Shown here in pieces: positions 28,479-38,715 of a DNA stretch of 64,000 bases; within the stretch, counting starts at the first letter, position 1; each line of letters starts with the position of its first letter. Under the pieces are notes generated by a model. The model was not told the origin of the DNA, did no database searches, and was given only the letters and a program-made list of their open reading frames with translations. Location of the stretch: assembly GCA_009859145.1 (NCBI GenBank), contig VRVR01000033.1:124001-188000 (forward strand). The letters are read 5' to 3'. Source of the DNA: Andalucia godoyi And28. Taxonomy: Eukaryota > Protista > Jakobida. A program made the position numbers and the translations under genes.

Positions 28479-31238
28479 ATGACCGAAGCTGATTTGCCGA
28501 CCCTACACAGGACAGAATCACCTCCCCGGGTGTTTCGTCAGGATCTTATTCTCTCCGCACGACAGCAATATAATCTCAACAAGAGTTTAGATTCTGCTCT
28601 GAAGACCGAAGAGCAAGAACCCGAGGCTACTGGGAACACCCAGCTCCAAGCGTCGCTATTAGCCAACAAGTACAAGGATCAACATCTGAAATTCTTGGCT
28701 GAATTATCTGAGAAAAAGAAAAAGGAAAAGCAAGCGGAACAAAAGAAAAAAGAGCTTGAAAAGCGCAGGAGAATGAAGCTGCTCAAAGCAGTTCTGGGAA
28801 AAGAACCGGAACCGCTTTATCAAAAACTTGCCACGTTGACGAAATCGGAAAATACAGATCCGCTGCCAGCGGGAAAATCTTCAAAGACTGTTGTGGAAGT
28901 TGCTCCATTGGATCCAATGACTCGTGCTCAGAATTTTGCTCTGATTGCAAAGAGGCACGAGCAGTTCTTGGAGAAGTTGCACAATGATAAAAAGAGAAAA
29001 GAAGAGGACGAAGTAGGAAAGAGAGTGAAACAGGAAAAGTTGCGAGAGGCCCTCCGAAAGAAGATCGGTCTCGAGGCAGTGTCATCCACAAAGGACAAGT
29101 GGTTTGGAGCTGATGAAGTTGAGGCAGACAAGTTGAAAGTGAAGGACAAGCGAAGATCAATCAGTGCCGATAGAAGACGGCCTCTTTCGAGATCAAATTC
29201 TCTGTCGACCAGGATTGATTTTGACAAGGAAAACCGCCAGGAGGTTGACAAGGAACATGGACTGTCTGCGAAGTGCACGCTTTCTAGTGCAGAAGCAGAT
29301 CTTGTATTCAGCAGATTGTGTCAAGCGAAGAAAGGAACGGCGATATCGGATATTTCTGATATTCGACTCTTCCGGAAGAAACACAACCTTTCGGAAGATA
29401 CAAAGATCTTCCAAATTGTTGGAGGATATCCGGATGTGAAAAAGGCTTTGGAAGATCGAGGATGGTGGTTCAATCCGGACTCCAAGAGTCCGCATTTTGA
29501 TTATCGGTTTGTGTTGAAAGCTCAAGATATTGACTATTTGAACTTGGAAAAGCACCAGGTCGTGAATCATTTTTATCACAACTCGGAGCTGACCTCCAAA
29601 GTCGGGTTGTGCAGAAACATCAAGAATGTGTCCTGGTACGAGGACGTTGATGTGGATTCGTTCTTTCCGCGGTGCTACGATTTAACCATTCCAGAAGATC
29701 GGGAGTGTTTTGAGCTTGATTTCAAATTGACTGCCGCAGAGTCCATTTTGCGTCAGTACAATTTTGAATGTTCCGATGCTTCTTGTTCACTCTCCCTTGT
29801 AGACGCGGATACACTCAGAAGTGCGATCCGAATCATGTCTTGGAGAGTCCACGAGTTGTTGAGCTTGTGTGAAGATGAAGATGAGAATCGAGTTCCGGTT
29901 GTGACGTCAAAACAGGTCACGGAAGACGATTGGAACAAGATCACGTCCTGGGGATCCATATCGACAGTGAGCGTGGAGGAGTTGAAGAGAATGCAAGAGG
30001 ATGCGATGCGAGAGGATCACGATGAGAATTCCGATGATGATGTCGACGACAGCGATGACGATGATGTGGACGAAGGAGATGTTGATGACGATGACGATGG
30101 TGTCGATGACGAGACGACGGATGATTCTGATGATGTCTCTGGCAAGAACAAGTTCGGGAGCTCTCCGGTTTCGAATAAGAATTCTAGTGAGTTCACTGTT
30201 GTCGGCGTCAGTTCGTCGCTGCACGGAAAACCGTCTCCCACTCGCCAAGTTTCCAAATCTCCGGCTCCCCCAAATCCTCCAGAACAACCACCGAAGCCTC
30301 AGTTTACGCTGGATCGATCTCATCGAGTGATTGTGCAAAACATACTTGCAGTTTTCAAGAACAAGGAACCTCAATATGAGTTCAATGGGCGAAAGAATGT
30401 GTGGATTGTGAAGCCAGGCAGGAAGTCCCGTGGCCGCGGCATTCAGTGCTTCAATAACCTTGGAAGATTGAAGATGTACACTGATTGCAGCCGCCGCGAA
30501 TTCTGGGTCACTCAGAAATACTGCGAAAATCCGCTGGCAATCTACAAGAAGAAGTTTGACATTCGACAATGGGTGCTTGCCGTCGACTTTGACCCGCTGT
30601 CCGTGTTTTTCTTTGAAAAGGCGTATCTGCGATTTTGCTCTGTCGACTTTACTCTTGATGATGTGGAGAATAGGGTCGTTCATCTTGCGAATAACTGTGT
30701 CCAAAAACATTCGGATAACTTTGGAGAAGACTCCAATTTCGAGGGAAATATGTGGCACACGGATCGCTTCCGAGAGTATTTACTGGATGTCTATGGATAT
30801 GATGTCTGGACCGAGAAGATCCAGCCTGCAATGAAGGATATCGTTCGTAGGTCTCTGAAATGCGGGCAGGACGCGGTCCAAGGAAGGAAGAACTCTTTTG
30901 AACTTTTTGGCTATGATTTCATGCTAGACGAACACTTGAATGTTTGGCTGATTGAGATTAATTCAAGCCCTGATTTATCGTATTCTACTCCCGTGACAGC
31001 ATCTCTGGTTCCCGAAGTCTCGGAAGATATGATGAAAGTCACAGTGGATTGGCTGTCGGCTCAGCGTCAGGCAAGAAAGAAGGGGAAAAGGGAGCTCGTG
31101 CCCGTGGATACTGGAAAGTTCACTTTGGTCTACCGAGGGGAACAGACTGCACCATGTGCGGTTCCATCTATGGCGTCTTCATTGGTTTTGACTGGGACGC
31201 CTTGCAAGATTGCTCGTGGTGGAAAGGCCTCCGCATAA
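28479..31238 (+). CDS. TTLL3: TTLL3/TTLL8-type tubulin glycylase
   Basis: VNHF....ELTSKVGLCRNI, FFPRCYDL, NVWIVKPGRKSRGRGI, QKYCENPL..YKKKFDIRQWVL, FELFGYDFMLD and WLIEINSSP. Confidence 0.88.
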   Translation: MTEADLPTLHRTESPPRVFRQDLILSARQQYNLNKSLDSALKTEEQEPEATGNTQLQASLLANKYKDQHLKFLAELSEKKKKEKQAEQKKKELEKRRRMKLLKAVLGKEPEPLYQKLATLTKSENTDPLPAGKSSKTVVEVAPLDPMTRAQNFALIAKRHEQFLEKLHNDKKRKEEDEVGKRVKQEKLREALRKKIGLEAVSSTKDKWFGADEVEADKLKVKDKRRSISADRRRPLSRSNSLSTRIDFDKENRQEVDKEHGLSAKCTLSSAEADLVFSRLCQAKKGTAISDISDIRLFRKKHNLSEDTKIFQIVGGYPDVKKALEDRGWWFNPDSKSPHFDYRFVLKAQDIDYLNLEKHQVVNHFYHNSELTSKVGLCRNIKNVSWYEDVDVDSFFPRCYDLTIPEDRECFELDFKLTAAESILRQYNFECSDASCSLSLVDADTLRSAIRIMSWRVHELLSLCEDEDENRVPVVTSKQVTEDDWNKITSWGSISTVSVEELKRMQEDAMREDHDENSDDDVDDSDDDDVDEGDVDDDDDGVDDETTDDSDDVSGKNKFGSSPVSNKNSSEFTVVGVSSSLHGKPSPTRQVSKSPAPPNPPEQPPKPQFTLDRSHRVIVQNILAVFKNKEPQYEFNGRKNVWIVKPGRKSRGRGIQCFNNLGRLKMYTDCSRREFWVTQKYCENPLAIYKKKFDIRQWVLAVDFDPLSVFFFEKAYLRFCSVDFTLDDVENRVVHLANNCVQKHSDNFGEDSNFEGNMWHTDRFREYLLDVYGYDVWTEKIQPAMKDIVRRSLKCGQDAVQGRKNSFELFGYDFMLDEHLNVWLIEINSSPDLSYSTPVTASLVPEVSEDMMKVTVDWLSAQRQARKKGKRELVPVDTGKFTLVYRGEQTAPCAVPSMASSLVLTGTPCKIARGGKASA

Positions 31239-31272
31239 CAATTTTGAAGTTTGGAAACATTTTGTACATAAT

Positions 31273-32490
31273 CTAGTAAGAATCGTTCGTCTTCCCATGA
31301 ACATTTCGTATACCAAACTTGATCGCTTTCAATATCCCTGCAGTGCAGGGAGCTTCAACAGCCGTGTGAATTCTGAACGCTAGACACGTGGTGAAATACC
31401 ACAACAATGAGAAAAACGCAAAAAACAAAGACCATGAAAAGACCCGGTGCCCGAGGGCAGATACTCCAGTCATGCAAGCACCAATGATCAACGGATGCAG
31501 GAGAAATGTCGCGTACGAACCGTCCGAAACCCGTTCGATGAATCGGAAGAAGAATTGCGGCGTGAAACTCCTGAACCCGACTTTTTTTTCGATAAACAAT
31601 AAAAGGACCATCGCAGTAAAAATGCAGCCGGACCAGAATAATCTAAAAGTTGAGCCGAAGAGGAAAGCGTCGTGCGGAGAGGAAGTGCGAAACCGCGGAG
31701 ACAATGCCGTGTCAGCAAAAGGCACCCAAAACGAAAGGATCCCAAGCAATGGACAAAAGATCGCGGCCGTCACCGTACTTGCAAGAAGTGCTGAGGCCGT
31801 TACATTTGACTGAAGAAACAAATTCGAAAACAAAAGTCCAGCAAGGAATGGAAGAGACCTGCATACTGCGCTCATGTAGACGCCATCGTGAAAGGCAGCG
31901 ACAGAAGACACGTATGGCGTCTCGAGAAAGTTGACATCAAAAACCCGCAAGGGAAATTCCAGTCCCTGATCAAAAACTAACATGTGAAATGCAAAGAGCC
32001 TCCACAATAGAACAAGCGCAGCACTTCCACAAACAACGCGCAGAAACCAACGGCTGCAGGGCAACGGAAGAGCAGCCGCAAACAAATGAAGTTTGACATC
32101 CACAGAAAGACTCCAAGTCCACGTAGCAAACACCTGTTGAAACGGGGTGTGATTGTGCATAAAGAAGAGAGACTTCAAAAAGTTTTCTTTTCCGTGCATA
32201 GGTGTTGTGAGCAGACAAATACAAAGTAGCAGCGTGTGCAATACAGACAGCCGCATGACTCGATAGCAGAACTGCCACAGTCTTTCGGACATGTGTTGAG
32301 ATTGATACGTAGAACAGAACATGCCCGACAGAAAGAAAAAGATGTCCAGAGCATACTGTCCTGTCAGCAAAAACACAGGAAACGCCATGTTCTCTATATT
32401 TGCGAGGAACAACATGGATGATGCATGCATCATGAACATCCAATACGACGCGAATACACGTAGGACATCGCAGCAAAACAACCGCCGCAT
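31273..32490 (-). CDS. Acyltransferase-3 family (OafA/NRF-6-like) membrane O-acyltransferase
   Basis: DVLRVFA..W...H, ALDIFFFLSG, TWSLSVD and SYATFLLHP motifs; many TM segments. Start codon uncertain. Confidence 0.8.
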   Translation of the reverse strand: MRRLFCCDVLRVFASYWMFMMHASSMLFLANIENMAFPVFLLTGQYALDIFFFLSGMFCSTYQSQHMSERLWQFCYRVMRLSVLHTLLLCICLLTTPMHGKENFLKSLFFMHNHTPFQQVFATWTWSLSVDVKLHLFAAALPLPCSRWFLRVVCGSAALVLLWRLFAFHMLVFDQGLEFPLRVFDVNFLETPYVSSVAAFHDGVYMSAVCRSLPFLAGLLFSNLFLQSNVTASALLASTVTAAIFCPLLGILSFWVPFADTALSPRFRTSSPHDAFLFGSTFRLFWSGCIFTAMVLLLFIEKKVGFRSFTPQFFFRFIERVSDGSYATFLLHPLIIGACMTGVSALGHRVFSWSLFFAFFSLLWYFTTCLAFRIHTAVEAPCTAGILKAIKFGIRNVHGKTNDSY

Positions 32491-32960
32491 GGTTTTTCCC
32501 AGATGCAACTCACTGGAATGGCACGACGGGAGAAAGCTCTTCTTTGAAACAAGCACTTGTCTTCATGCGCCAACGTACCCCCCGCAAACTGTGTTGGCAA
32601 GAATCACCTGCAAAGAAAAAGGACTCAATGCTTTATTCTGTTTTGCTGTTCATTTGTTTTTGCATATTTTTCATCTGTTATTATTATTATTTTATTTATT
32701 TTTTGTCGGCGCGCACACTCTCTGCAGCTGGCAGCTAGCATCAAACGTAAATTTAAAAGGGTTTGAGGAGGGAGTCCGAAAGACGAAACAGCCGAAAGCT
32801 TTCGTTGTTGTTGGGGCAGCTTCACTAATCGCCCCAAGGTAATACATTTTAAAAAAACATGGCTCACTGGATTGGTGCTGTTGCCGAATCAAAATGCGTT
32901 TGAAAAAAAAGAGAACGTTCTGAACAAGACAGTTGGGGGAGCGACAGAAAAAATCTGCAA

Positions 32961-32990
32961 CTTCAGGGCGCACCCATTTAAATAAAAGCA
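32961..32990. repeat. 30-nt intergenic motif also present at 7587-7616
   Basis: CTTCAGGGCGCACCCATTTAAATAAAAGCA versus CTTTAGGGCACACCCATTTAAATCAATGCA, 26/30 identical, with weaker similarity on both flanks. Confidence 0.5.
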
Positions 32991-33458
32991 AAAAGAATCC
33001 GGGAATCGTTCACGAAATGTCACGTGTGCACTTTTCATCGTGTCATCCCCACCATCATCATTTGGAACAGTGTCTTCATCCGGTGCATAGTCGACATACT
33101 CCACCGCATAAGGTTCTGCGGCTGCTTCATCTTGGACACAGTCTACTTCCCTCGATGGGAAGATCTTCCGGGACGTGCCCTTGCTCCTGTGTCGTTCCCC
33201 CGTCTCCGTCTTCTTGACCACCCCCGGCATACGAAATCCATCAACATAAGAAGATCTGACTCTGTAGGTATTTCAATAATCTTGGGGATGTGGTTTCCTT
33301 TGGCAGGCTCAAAGACTGCATCACGCAAAACATGAAAACCAAAACCAAAAATAATATTAATAAACAATAAACAATTAATAATTAGCAATTAATATACAAT
33401 AAATAAATAATAAATAATTCAAGTGAATGAGAGATTCGCGTAAACACGCAAGGGACAA

Positions 33459-36400
33459 TTACGAGGAGCACATAGTGCATCCTTCTTCTCGGGTGCACAC
33501 CCATGCCGCAGGGTTCTCAGCAGTATTCGACGAATCTGCATTCTTGACTTCGTTGCTGACGACAACACTGGAGTCCACAGTGAACTTGATTGCATCTGCG
33601 GCAGGCCGTGTCCGCAAGTAGTACATTCCAGTTTTAAGACCAAGTTTCCACGCATAGAAATGCAAACTGGAAAGTTTTGAATTGTTGGGGGAGGCCATGA
33701 AGATGTTTAAAGATTGCGACTGGTCTATGAAACACCCTCGGTCAGCTGCGTAGTCCACGATGATGCGCTGCTTAATCTCCCATGCAGTCTTGTAAATTTC
33801 CTTGATGCTGTCCGGAATTCCAGAAATATTCTGAATGGATCCGCTCGAAGCAATGATGCTGTTCCTCATTTTCTCGCTCCAGAGGTTCAGCCGGATCAGG
33901 TCACGGACAAGATGATTGTTGACCACTGGGAACTCTCCTGCGAGGACACGGCGCAAATAAATGTTCGATGTGTACGGTTCAAAGCAGTTGTGCACAACCA
34001 CGCCATTCGCTACAAAGTTATGCAGATCTGCAACGTTGATGTCGTACACAGACACCTTTCCAGCAGGGCGTCTGTCGACAAGCTGCAATTTCATGGTGGG
34101 AGCCGCCGTTGCACGGATGTCCAGTGCGTATGTGTGCTGCTTGTTCGTCTCTTCGTCATCATCTTCAGCGCCAGACGCGAACCATCCGTGCGCGCCAATG
34201 TTTTCGAGAAAATGCTCGGCCGACATCACGGAATTGAACTTGAACTGTCGAAGCTCCTCCGTGTTGTGTTTGCGATGTTCATGAAGCTGAGAGACTGGCG
34301 GTTTTGACGGTCCGGGCGTCGCTTCGGCTGCTGCACAAACTTCCTCTTGTTGCCGACTCACCTCGGCCAGATAGCGCGACCATGCTGCGACGACTCCGTA
34401 GCGATGAGATTTGTGTACCGAGTAGCGGATACCAATCTTGTCCATGAACGTGTGTTGAGAGAGAGCACCCAATGGGAAGCCGACGCGCACGCACACATGC
34501 CCGTGCTCTCCGCAGCGGCAAGGTCTGTCGCCGTTAGTATTCTTCACATCTCGAATGTTGATGATCGACGCCCCAGGGACACCAGCTTCGGCCAGCAGTA
34601 CGCACAGTTGGTTCATAGCCGTAATCAGCGACTCGCGCTCAATCATACAGGCCGATTGCGAGAATCGGATCGGCGAGAAAGTTTTCACCTCGTTGTCGTT
34701 TCCTATAAGCACCGGAGTCCAGCCATCACCCCCAAAAAGTCCAGCCAGAAACTCACGACGCACTGCGACTGGGCAAGCGGGATCCAACACGAATGCAGGC
34801 CACGAGGCAGTTGATGTTCCCTGTGCACCGCTGACCGCACCTCCCAAATCCCCAATCGCACGGGCCAACGGGCCAGACACAACAACCTCGAAGCAATCTC
34901 GCTCGTTGATGCGAACAGTTGCTTTTCCACCGAGTGACTCGACGTCAGACACGAAGGCATCACGATCGAGGGGTTGCTCAAACACAGCAGTAACTTTCTC
35001 CGCCTGGACGGACCCGCCGGAGCGGACAAACCCAGCTACACGCGCGAACGCCAGCGCAATATCCCTTCCCGTCGCCGTGGTCAGAATACCAACTGCAGTA
35101 TCAAGAGACCATCCGTTCTCATCAGTACCGATTACATCTGGTGTTCCGGAGAAAGCTAGCATCACCGGAGCGCCGTTCAGCTCGATATTACGAGCCTCGC
35201 ACCACTCGCCACTCGTCATCATGAACTTGTGATCAGGAGTGCATGTGATGGTGCGTCCATCGGCGAAGGTGAGGCACACAACATCTTTCTCGCCTCGCGG
35301 AAGGAATTCGGTGACCTGAGCACCAACCATGCCTCCAGCTTTGTCGGAATAGGCTGCCACAATCTGTCCGGGGCGGATCTGATGAATGGGAACGCTGGTC
35401 CCGTTGAAGAGCGTGACTGGCGTGTCCCCGGAAAAACATTCGTTATTTCCAAGAATCTGGGAAGTGGACGCAGTAGGCATAGGAGCAACAAGAAGAGAGT
35501 TTCGAACACCAAATGTGTGGATTCGCTGTCGGAGCCCGTCCCAGTCCCAGCGGCCAGACAGCACCACGCGGTCCTTAGCCCACATGTCGAACTGCAGAAT
35601 TCCTTTGGACACTGGAGACCCTGGATATGTTTCATAAGGACCACTCTGTTCAGCAAGCGCACAAGACTCTGAAAGTGCGGCAAAGTACAAGCATTCAAAG
35701 ATCTCACGATTCAGATTACGCGCGACTTCAGACTCGAAAGGCATCTTTAACAGCATGAACACATCTGCAAGCCCCTGGACTCCTAGGCCTACTGGTCGGT
35801 GACGGAAGTTTGAACGGGAAGCCTTCTCGACAGGATAGTAGTTGACATCAATCACTCGGTTCAGATTTCGGACAACGAGACGAGTGACATTGTAGAGCTG
35901 TTCGAAGTCAAAAGACAGTTCTTCCGATTCATTCTTGATTTGGCTAACAAATCTCGGAAGCGCAATGGAGGCCAGATTACAGACAGCCGTTTCCTCAGAC
36001 GAAGAGTACTGGATGATTTCTGTGCATAGATTGGACGATCGAATGGTTCCCAGGTTCTGCTGATTGGACTTCGCATTTGCAGCATCTTTGTACAGCATAT
36101 ACGGAGTTCCTGTTTCCATTTGCGATTCCAAAATCGCGAACCACAACTCTTGTGCCTTGACGACACGTCGGGCCTTCCCAGCAGCTTCGTATTTTTCATA
36201 CAATGTTTCGAACGTCGACCCCCAGGACTCGTACAATCCTGGGCATTCGTGGGGACAAAACAAGCTCCATGTCGCATTCGCCTCAACCCTCTTCATGAAC
36301 AAGTCTGGAATCCACATTGCGTAAAACAAGTCACGCGCACGCATCTCTTCCTTTCCCGTACCCTTCTTGAGGTCCAGAAAATCAAAAATATCAGCGTGCC

Positions 36401-38402
36401 ACGGTTCCAGATAGACGGCAAAAGAACCCTTGCGCCGACCTCCGCCGTTGTGCACGATTCCGCTGCACAGAATCACATACGTCATGTTCTTCGCGACTTC
36501 GAGATCGTACAAGGGTTGGTTGCGACCTTCTTCTGCCGTAATTTCGACGTTTTCGATGCGAGAAAACGCATAGTCTCCGTGCCGCACACAGTTCACCCAT
36601 TCGCCTGTTGAAATTCCAAGGGCACGTGCCACAACTTCTGTACGAGGGACGCAAATGCAGTGCAAAACGCCTGTGCGCGCAAGCCCGTTCTCAAATCGCT
36701 TTTCGATGCGATCGCGAAGGTAACCGGATGTAAGAATGCCATGACGCATGAGCATGAATCGAATGCTGTCAACAAAGACTCGGGATGTCATTTCGATTGC
36801 TACTGCCTTTTCGCCAACGCATCCATCTGACTCAACAACGCCACGAAGAACAGCAAGAGTCTTATCTAGTGGCAGTCGCAGCATCGTTTTGTGGAATATT
36901 TTCTCGCGAAAATTGTTGTACAGGAGCTCGCGATCCGCAGGAATCTTCTCGGTTCGTTGGAACATGATCACAAGCGACCCCAATTTTTCAGATTCGTGCA
37001 CTTCAATGCCTTTCAATTGCAGGTACTGAACAACGAAATCACGAACGGCATATCCCCGTGATACATCGAGGAAGATTCGTGTTTCGTTGCTCGCTTCGTC
37101 AGACCAGCCGCCAGCAGACATTATGCCATAGAATCGACAGTCTTCTGCAGACCAGGCAACGTCCACGTGTGCTTTGTCTACCGGGAAGCAAACGAAGTCG
37201 CCCACATGCAAATCTTTTGCATCAAGCCATTCTGGCTGCACAGTGCCTTGTTCCAAAAGAATATGAATGGCATCGTAATTAGCAGATAGCCCGGGATCTT
37301 TCAGCACAAAAAATTGGTGTTCATCCGTAACCTCCACTGGCTCAATAGCATGCTTCACCGTGATGCGACGCATCGAACGGGGAGAATCAGAAGATGGTGC
37401 ATGCTCCAAAACACGATTCACATGACAGTACTCGCCCGTGTGGGTCATAACACGATCCCCAACTTTCAATGTGCGAATTTCCACGGGTCCATTTTCTGTG
37501 ATCACTTTCGTGTCTCCTGGAAAACACTGGTCGACGTATCGGGCAGTATCATTGAATACGCGAAGCATGGGAACGAGCCCATTAGATACACCATTTGTGC
37601 CCGCAATGTACGATCCCTTAGCTCGAATTGGATGAACTGATAAGCCTATTCCCCCAGCATACTTTGAAATCATGGCACATTCTTTTAGGGTGTCATAGAT
37701 CCCAACAATCGAATCATCTGACATCGTTACCAGGAAGCACGAGGATAGCTGGGGTCGAGGAGTGCCCGCGTTGAACAATGTGGGTGTCGCATGAGTATAC
37801 AAGCGACGAGACAGCATGTCGTACGTACTCAATACTTCGGAAACAGAAGAAGACAAATTCAAGCCGCAAGCAACACGCATCAACAAGTGCTGCGGACGCT
37901 CCGCAACTCGCCCATCGATCCTCAGAAGATACGATTTCTCCAGAGTTTTGAACCCGAAAAAGTCGTATCCAAGATCTCGCGAGTCGTCAACTGCCTCGTC
38001 CAGGACATCCTTGTGTTCTAAAACATACTCGAACAATTCCTGAGACACAAGCGGTGCTGGTGTGCCGGTCTGCGGATTCACGTAATTCCGCAATAACGTT
38101 GTTGTTTCCGAGAATTTGGACGGAGTAGTTTTGTGAAGTGCAGTGACTGCGATGCGCCCTGCAAGAACACTGTAATCCGGATGCTGTGGTGTTAAATAGG
38201 CTGCCGTCTCAGCAAGCAGCTCGTCGATCTTTGTGGTTGTCACAAGAGAAGGCGCACCGGATGCAACTTTGTCCAAAATAAGATCAATCGAAACCCAGGT
38301 CAAATCAAGACCATCACAGAGAGGAACAATCCGAGAGCGCAAGACTTCCCGATCGAAAGGAACGGAAGATCCGTCCCGTTTTGTCACGAGAGATGATGAC
38401 AT
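33459..38402 (-). CDS. RRM1: Ribonucleotide reductase class Ia large subunit (R1) precursor containing two inteins
   Basis: ATP cone (VTKRDG), catalytic SSCF, SNLCTEI and VCNLAS, tyrosine pair GMYYL, C-terminal CTMC. 1647 aa minus 360 minus 484 leaves an 803-aa mature R1, the expected size. Confidence 0.97.
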   Translation of the reverse strand: MSSSLVTKRDGSSVPFDREVLRSRIVPLCDGLDLTWVSIDLILDKVASGAPSLVTTTKIDELLAETAAYLTPQHPDYSVLAGRIAVTALHKTTPSKFSETTTLLRNYVNPQTGTPAPLVSQELFEYVLEHKDVLDEAVDDSRDLGYDFFGFKTLEKSYLLRIDGRVAERPQHLLMRVACGLNLSSSVSEVLSTYDMLSRRLYTHATPTLFNAGTPRPQLSSCFLVTMSDDSIVGIYDTLKECAMISKYAGGIGLSVHPIRAKGSYIAGTNGVSNGLVPMLRVFNDTARYVDQCFPGDTKVITENGPVEIRTLKVGDRVMTHTGEYCHVNRVLEHAPSSDSPRSMRRITVKHAIEPVEVTDEHQFFVLKDPGLSANYDAIHILLEQGTVQPEWLDAKDLHVGDFVCFPVDKAHVDVAWSAEDCRFYGIMSAGGWSDEASNETRIFLDVSRGYAVRDFVVQYLQLKGIEVHESEKLGSLVIMFQRTEKIPADRELLYNNFREKIFHKTMLRLPLDKTLAVLRGVVESDGCVGEKAVAIEMTSRVFVDSIRFMLMRHGILTSGYLRDRIEKRFENGLARTGVLHCICVPRTEVVARALGISTGEWVNCVRHGDYAFSRIENVEITAEEGRNQPLYDLEVAKNMTYVILCSGIVHNGGGRRKGSFAVYLEPWHADIFDFLDLKKGTGKEEMRARDLFYAMWIPDLFMKRVEANATWSLFCPHECPGLYESWGSTFETLYEKYEAAGKARRVVKAQELWFAILESQMETGTPYMLYKDAANAKSNQQNLGTIRSSNLCTEIIQYSSSEETAVCNLASIALPRFVSQIKNESEELSFDFEQLYNVTRLVVRNLNRVIDVNYYPVEKASRSNFRHRPVGLGVQGLADVFMLLKMPFESEVARNLNREIFECLYFAALSESCALAEQSGPYETYPGSPVSKGILQFDMWAKDRVVLSGRWDWDGLRQRIHTFGVRNSLLVAPMPTASTSQILGNNECFSGDTPVTLFNGTSVPIHQIRPGQIVAAYSDKAGGMVGAQVTEFLPRGEKDVVCLTFADGRTITCTPDHKFMMTSGEWCEARNIELNGAPVMLAFSGTPDVIGTDENGWSLDTAVGILTTATGRDIALAFARVAGFVRSGGSVQAEKVTAVFEQPLDRDAFVSDVESLGGKATVRINERDCFEVVVSGPLARAIGDLGGAVSGAQGTSTASWPAFVLDPACPVAVRREFLAGLFGGDGWTPVLIGNDNEVKTFSPIRFSQSACMIERESLITAMNQLCVLLAEAGVPGASIINIRDVKNTNGDRPCRCGEHGHVCVRVGFPLGALSQHTFMDKIGIRYSVHKSHRYGVVAAWSRYLAEVSRQQEEVCAAAEATPGPSKPPVSQLHEHRKHNTEELRQFKFNSVMSAEHFLENIGAHGWFASGAEDDDEETNKQHTYALDIRATAAPTMKLQLVDRRPAGKVSVYDINVADLHNFVANGVVVHNCFEPYTSNIYLRRVLAGEFPVVNNHLVRDLIRLNLWSEKMRNSIIASSGSIQNISGIPDSIKEIYKTAWEIKQRIIVDYAADRGCFIDQSQSLNIFMASPNNSKLSSLHFYAWKLGLKTGMYYLRTRPAADAIKFTVDSSVVVSNEVKNADSSNTAENPAAWVCTREEGCTMCSS
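33987..35438 (-). mobile_element. Intein 2 of R1 (484 aa), LAGLIDADG homing-endonuclease type, canonical Cys+1
   Basis: Inserted at QILGNNE|CFEPYTSN. Block A CFSGDT, block B ITCTPDHKFM, block E FLAGLFGGDG, block F VYDINV...HNFVANG, block G VVHN/C. Confidence 0.96.
36447..37526 (-). mobile_element. Intein 1 of R1 (360 aa), LAGLIDADG type, non-canonical Gly at +1
   Basis: Inserted at TARYVDQ|GGGRRKGSFAVYLEPWH. Block A CFPGDT, block B VEVTDEHQFF, block E LRGVVESDG, block F LYDLEV, block G IVHN, followed by GGC (Gly) at 36444-36446. Confidence 0.94.
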
Positions 38403-38715
38403 GAACTTGTGCAGGCAGGGAAAGAGGCCACCAAAAACAAAAAACAAAAAACAAAACAAAACAAAACAGAAGAGGGTAAAAAGACAGAGTTAGAATACAA
38501 AAGATTTGATGTTTCTTTGGAGGGTTTTTTAAAAAAACAAGAAAAAAGTGAATCAGTGAACATTGAAATGACGGGCAAATGGGAAAAAACAAATGAACAG
38601 GAAGAAACGGTGAGAAAAGAGGCCTTTGACTTGGGGTCGGACGACTTGCGGGTTGCGAGTGGGACTGGAGTGGAAGAATTTGAAATTCAGTCTGTTTGTG
38701 GCGGGGTTTTGTTTG

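Noticed and set aside
32889-33230. 113-aa minus-strand ORF between the acyltransferase and R1
   Set aside because: No recognisable motif and a low-complexity tail. It more likely belongs to a decayed insertion (it contains the 30-nt shared motif).
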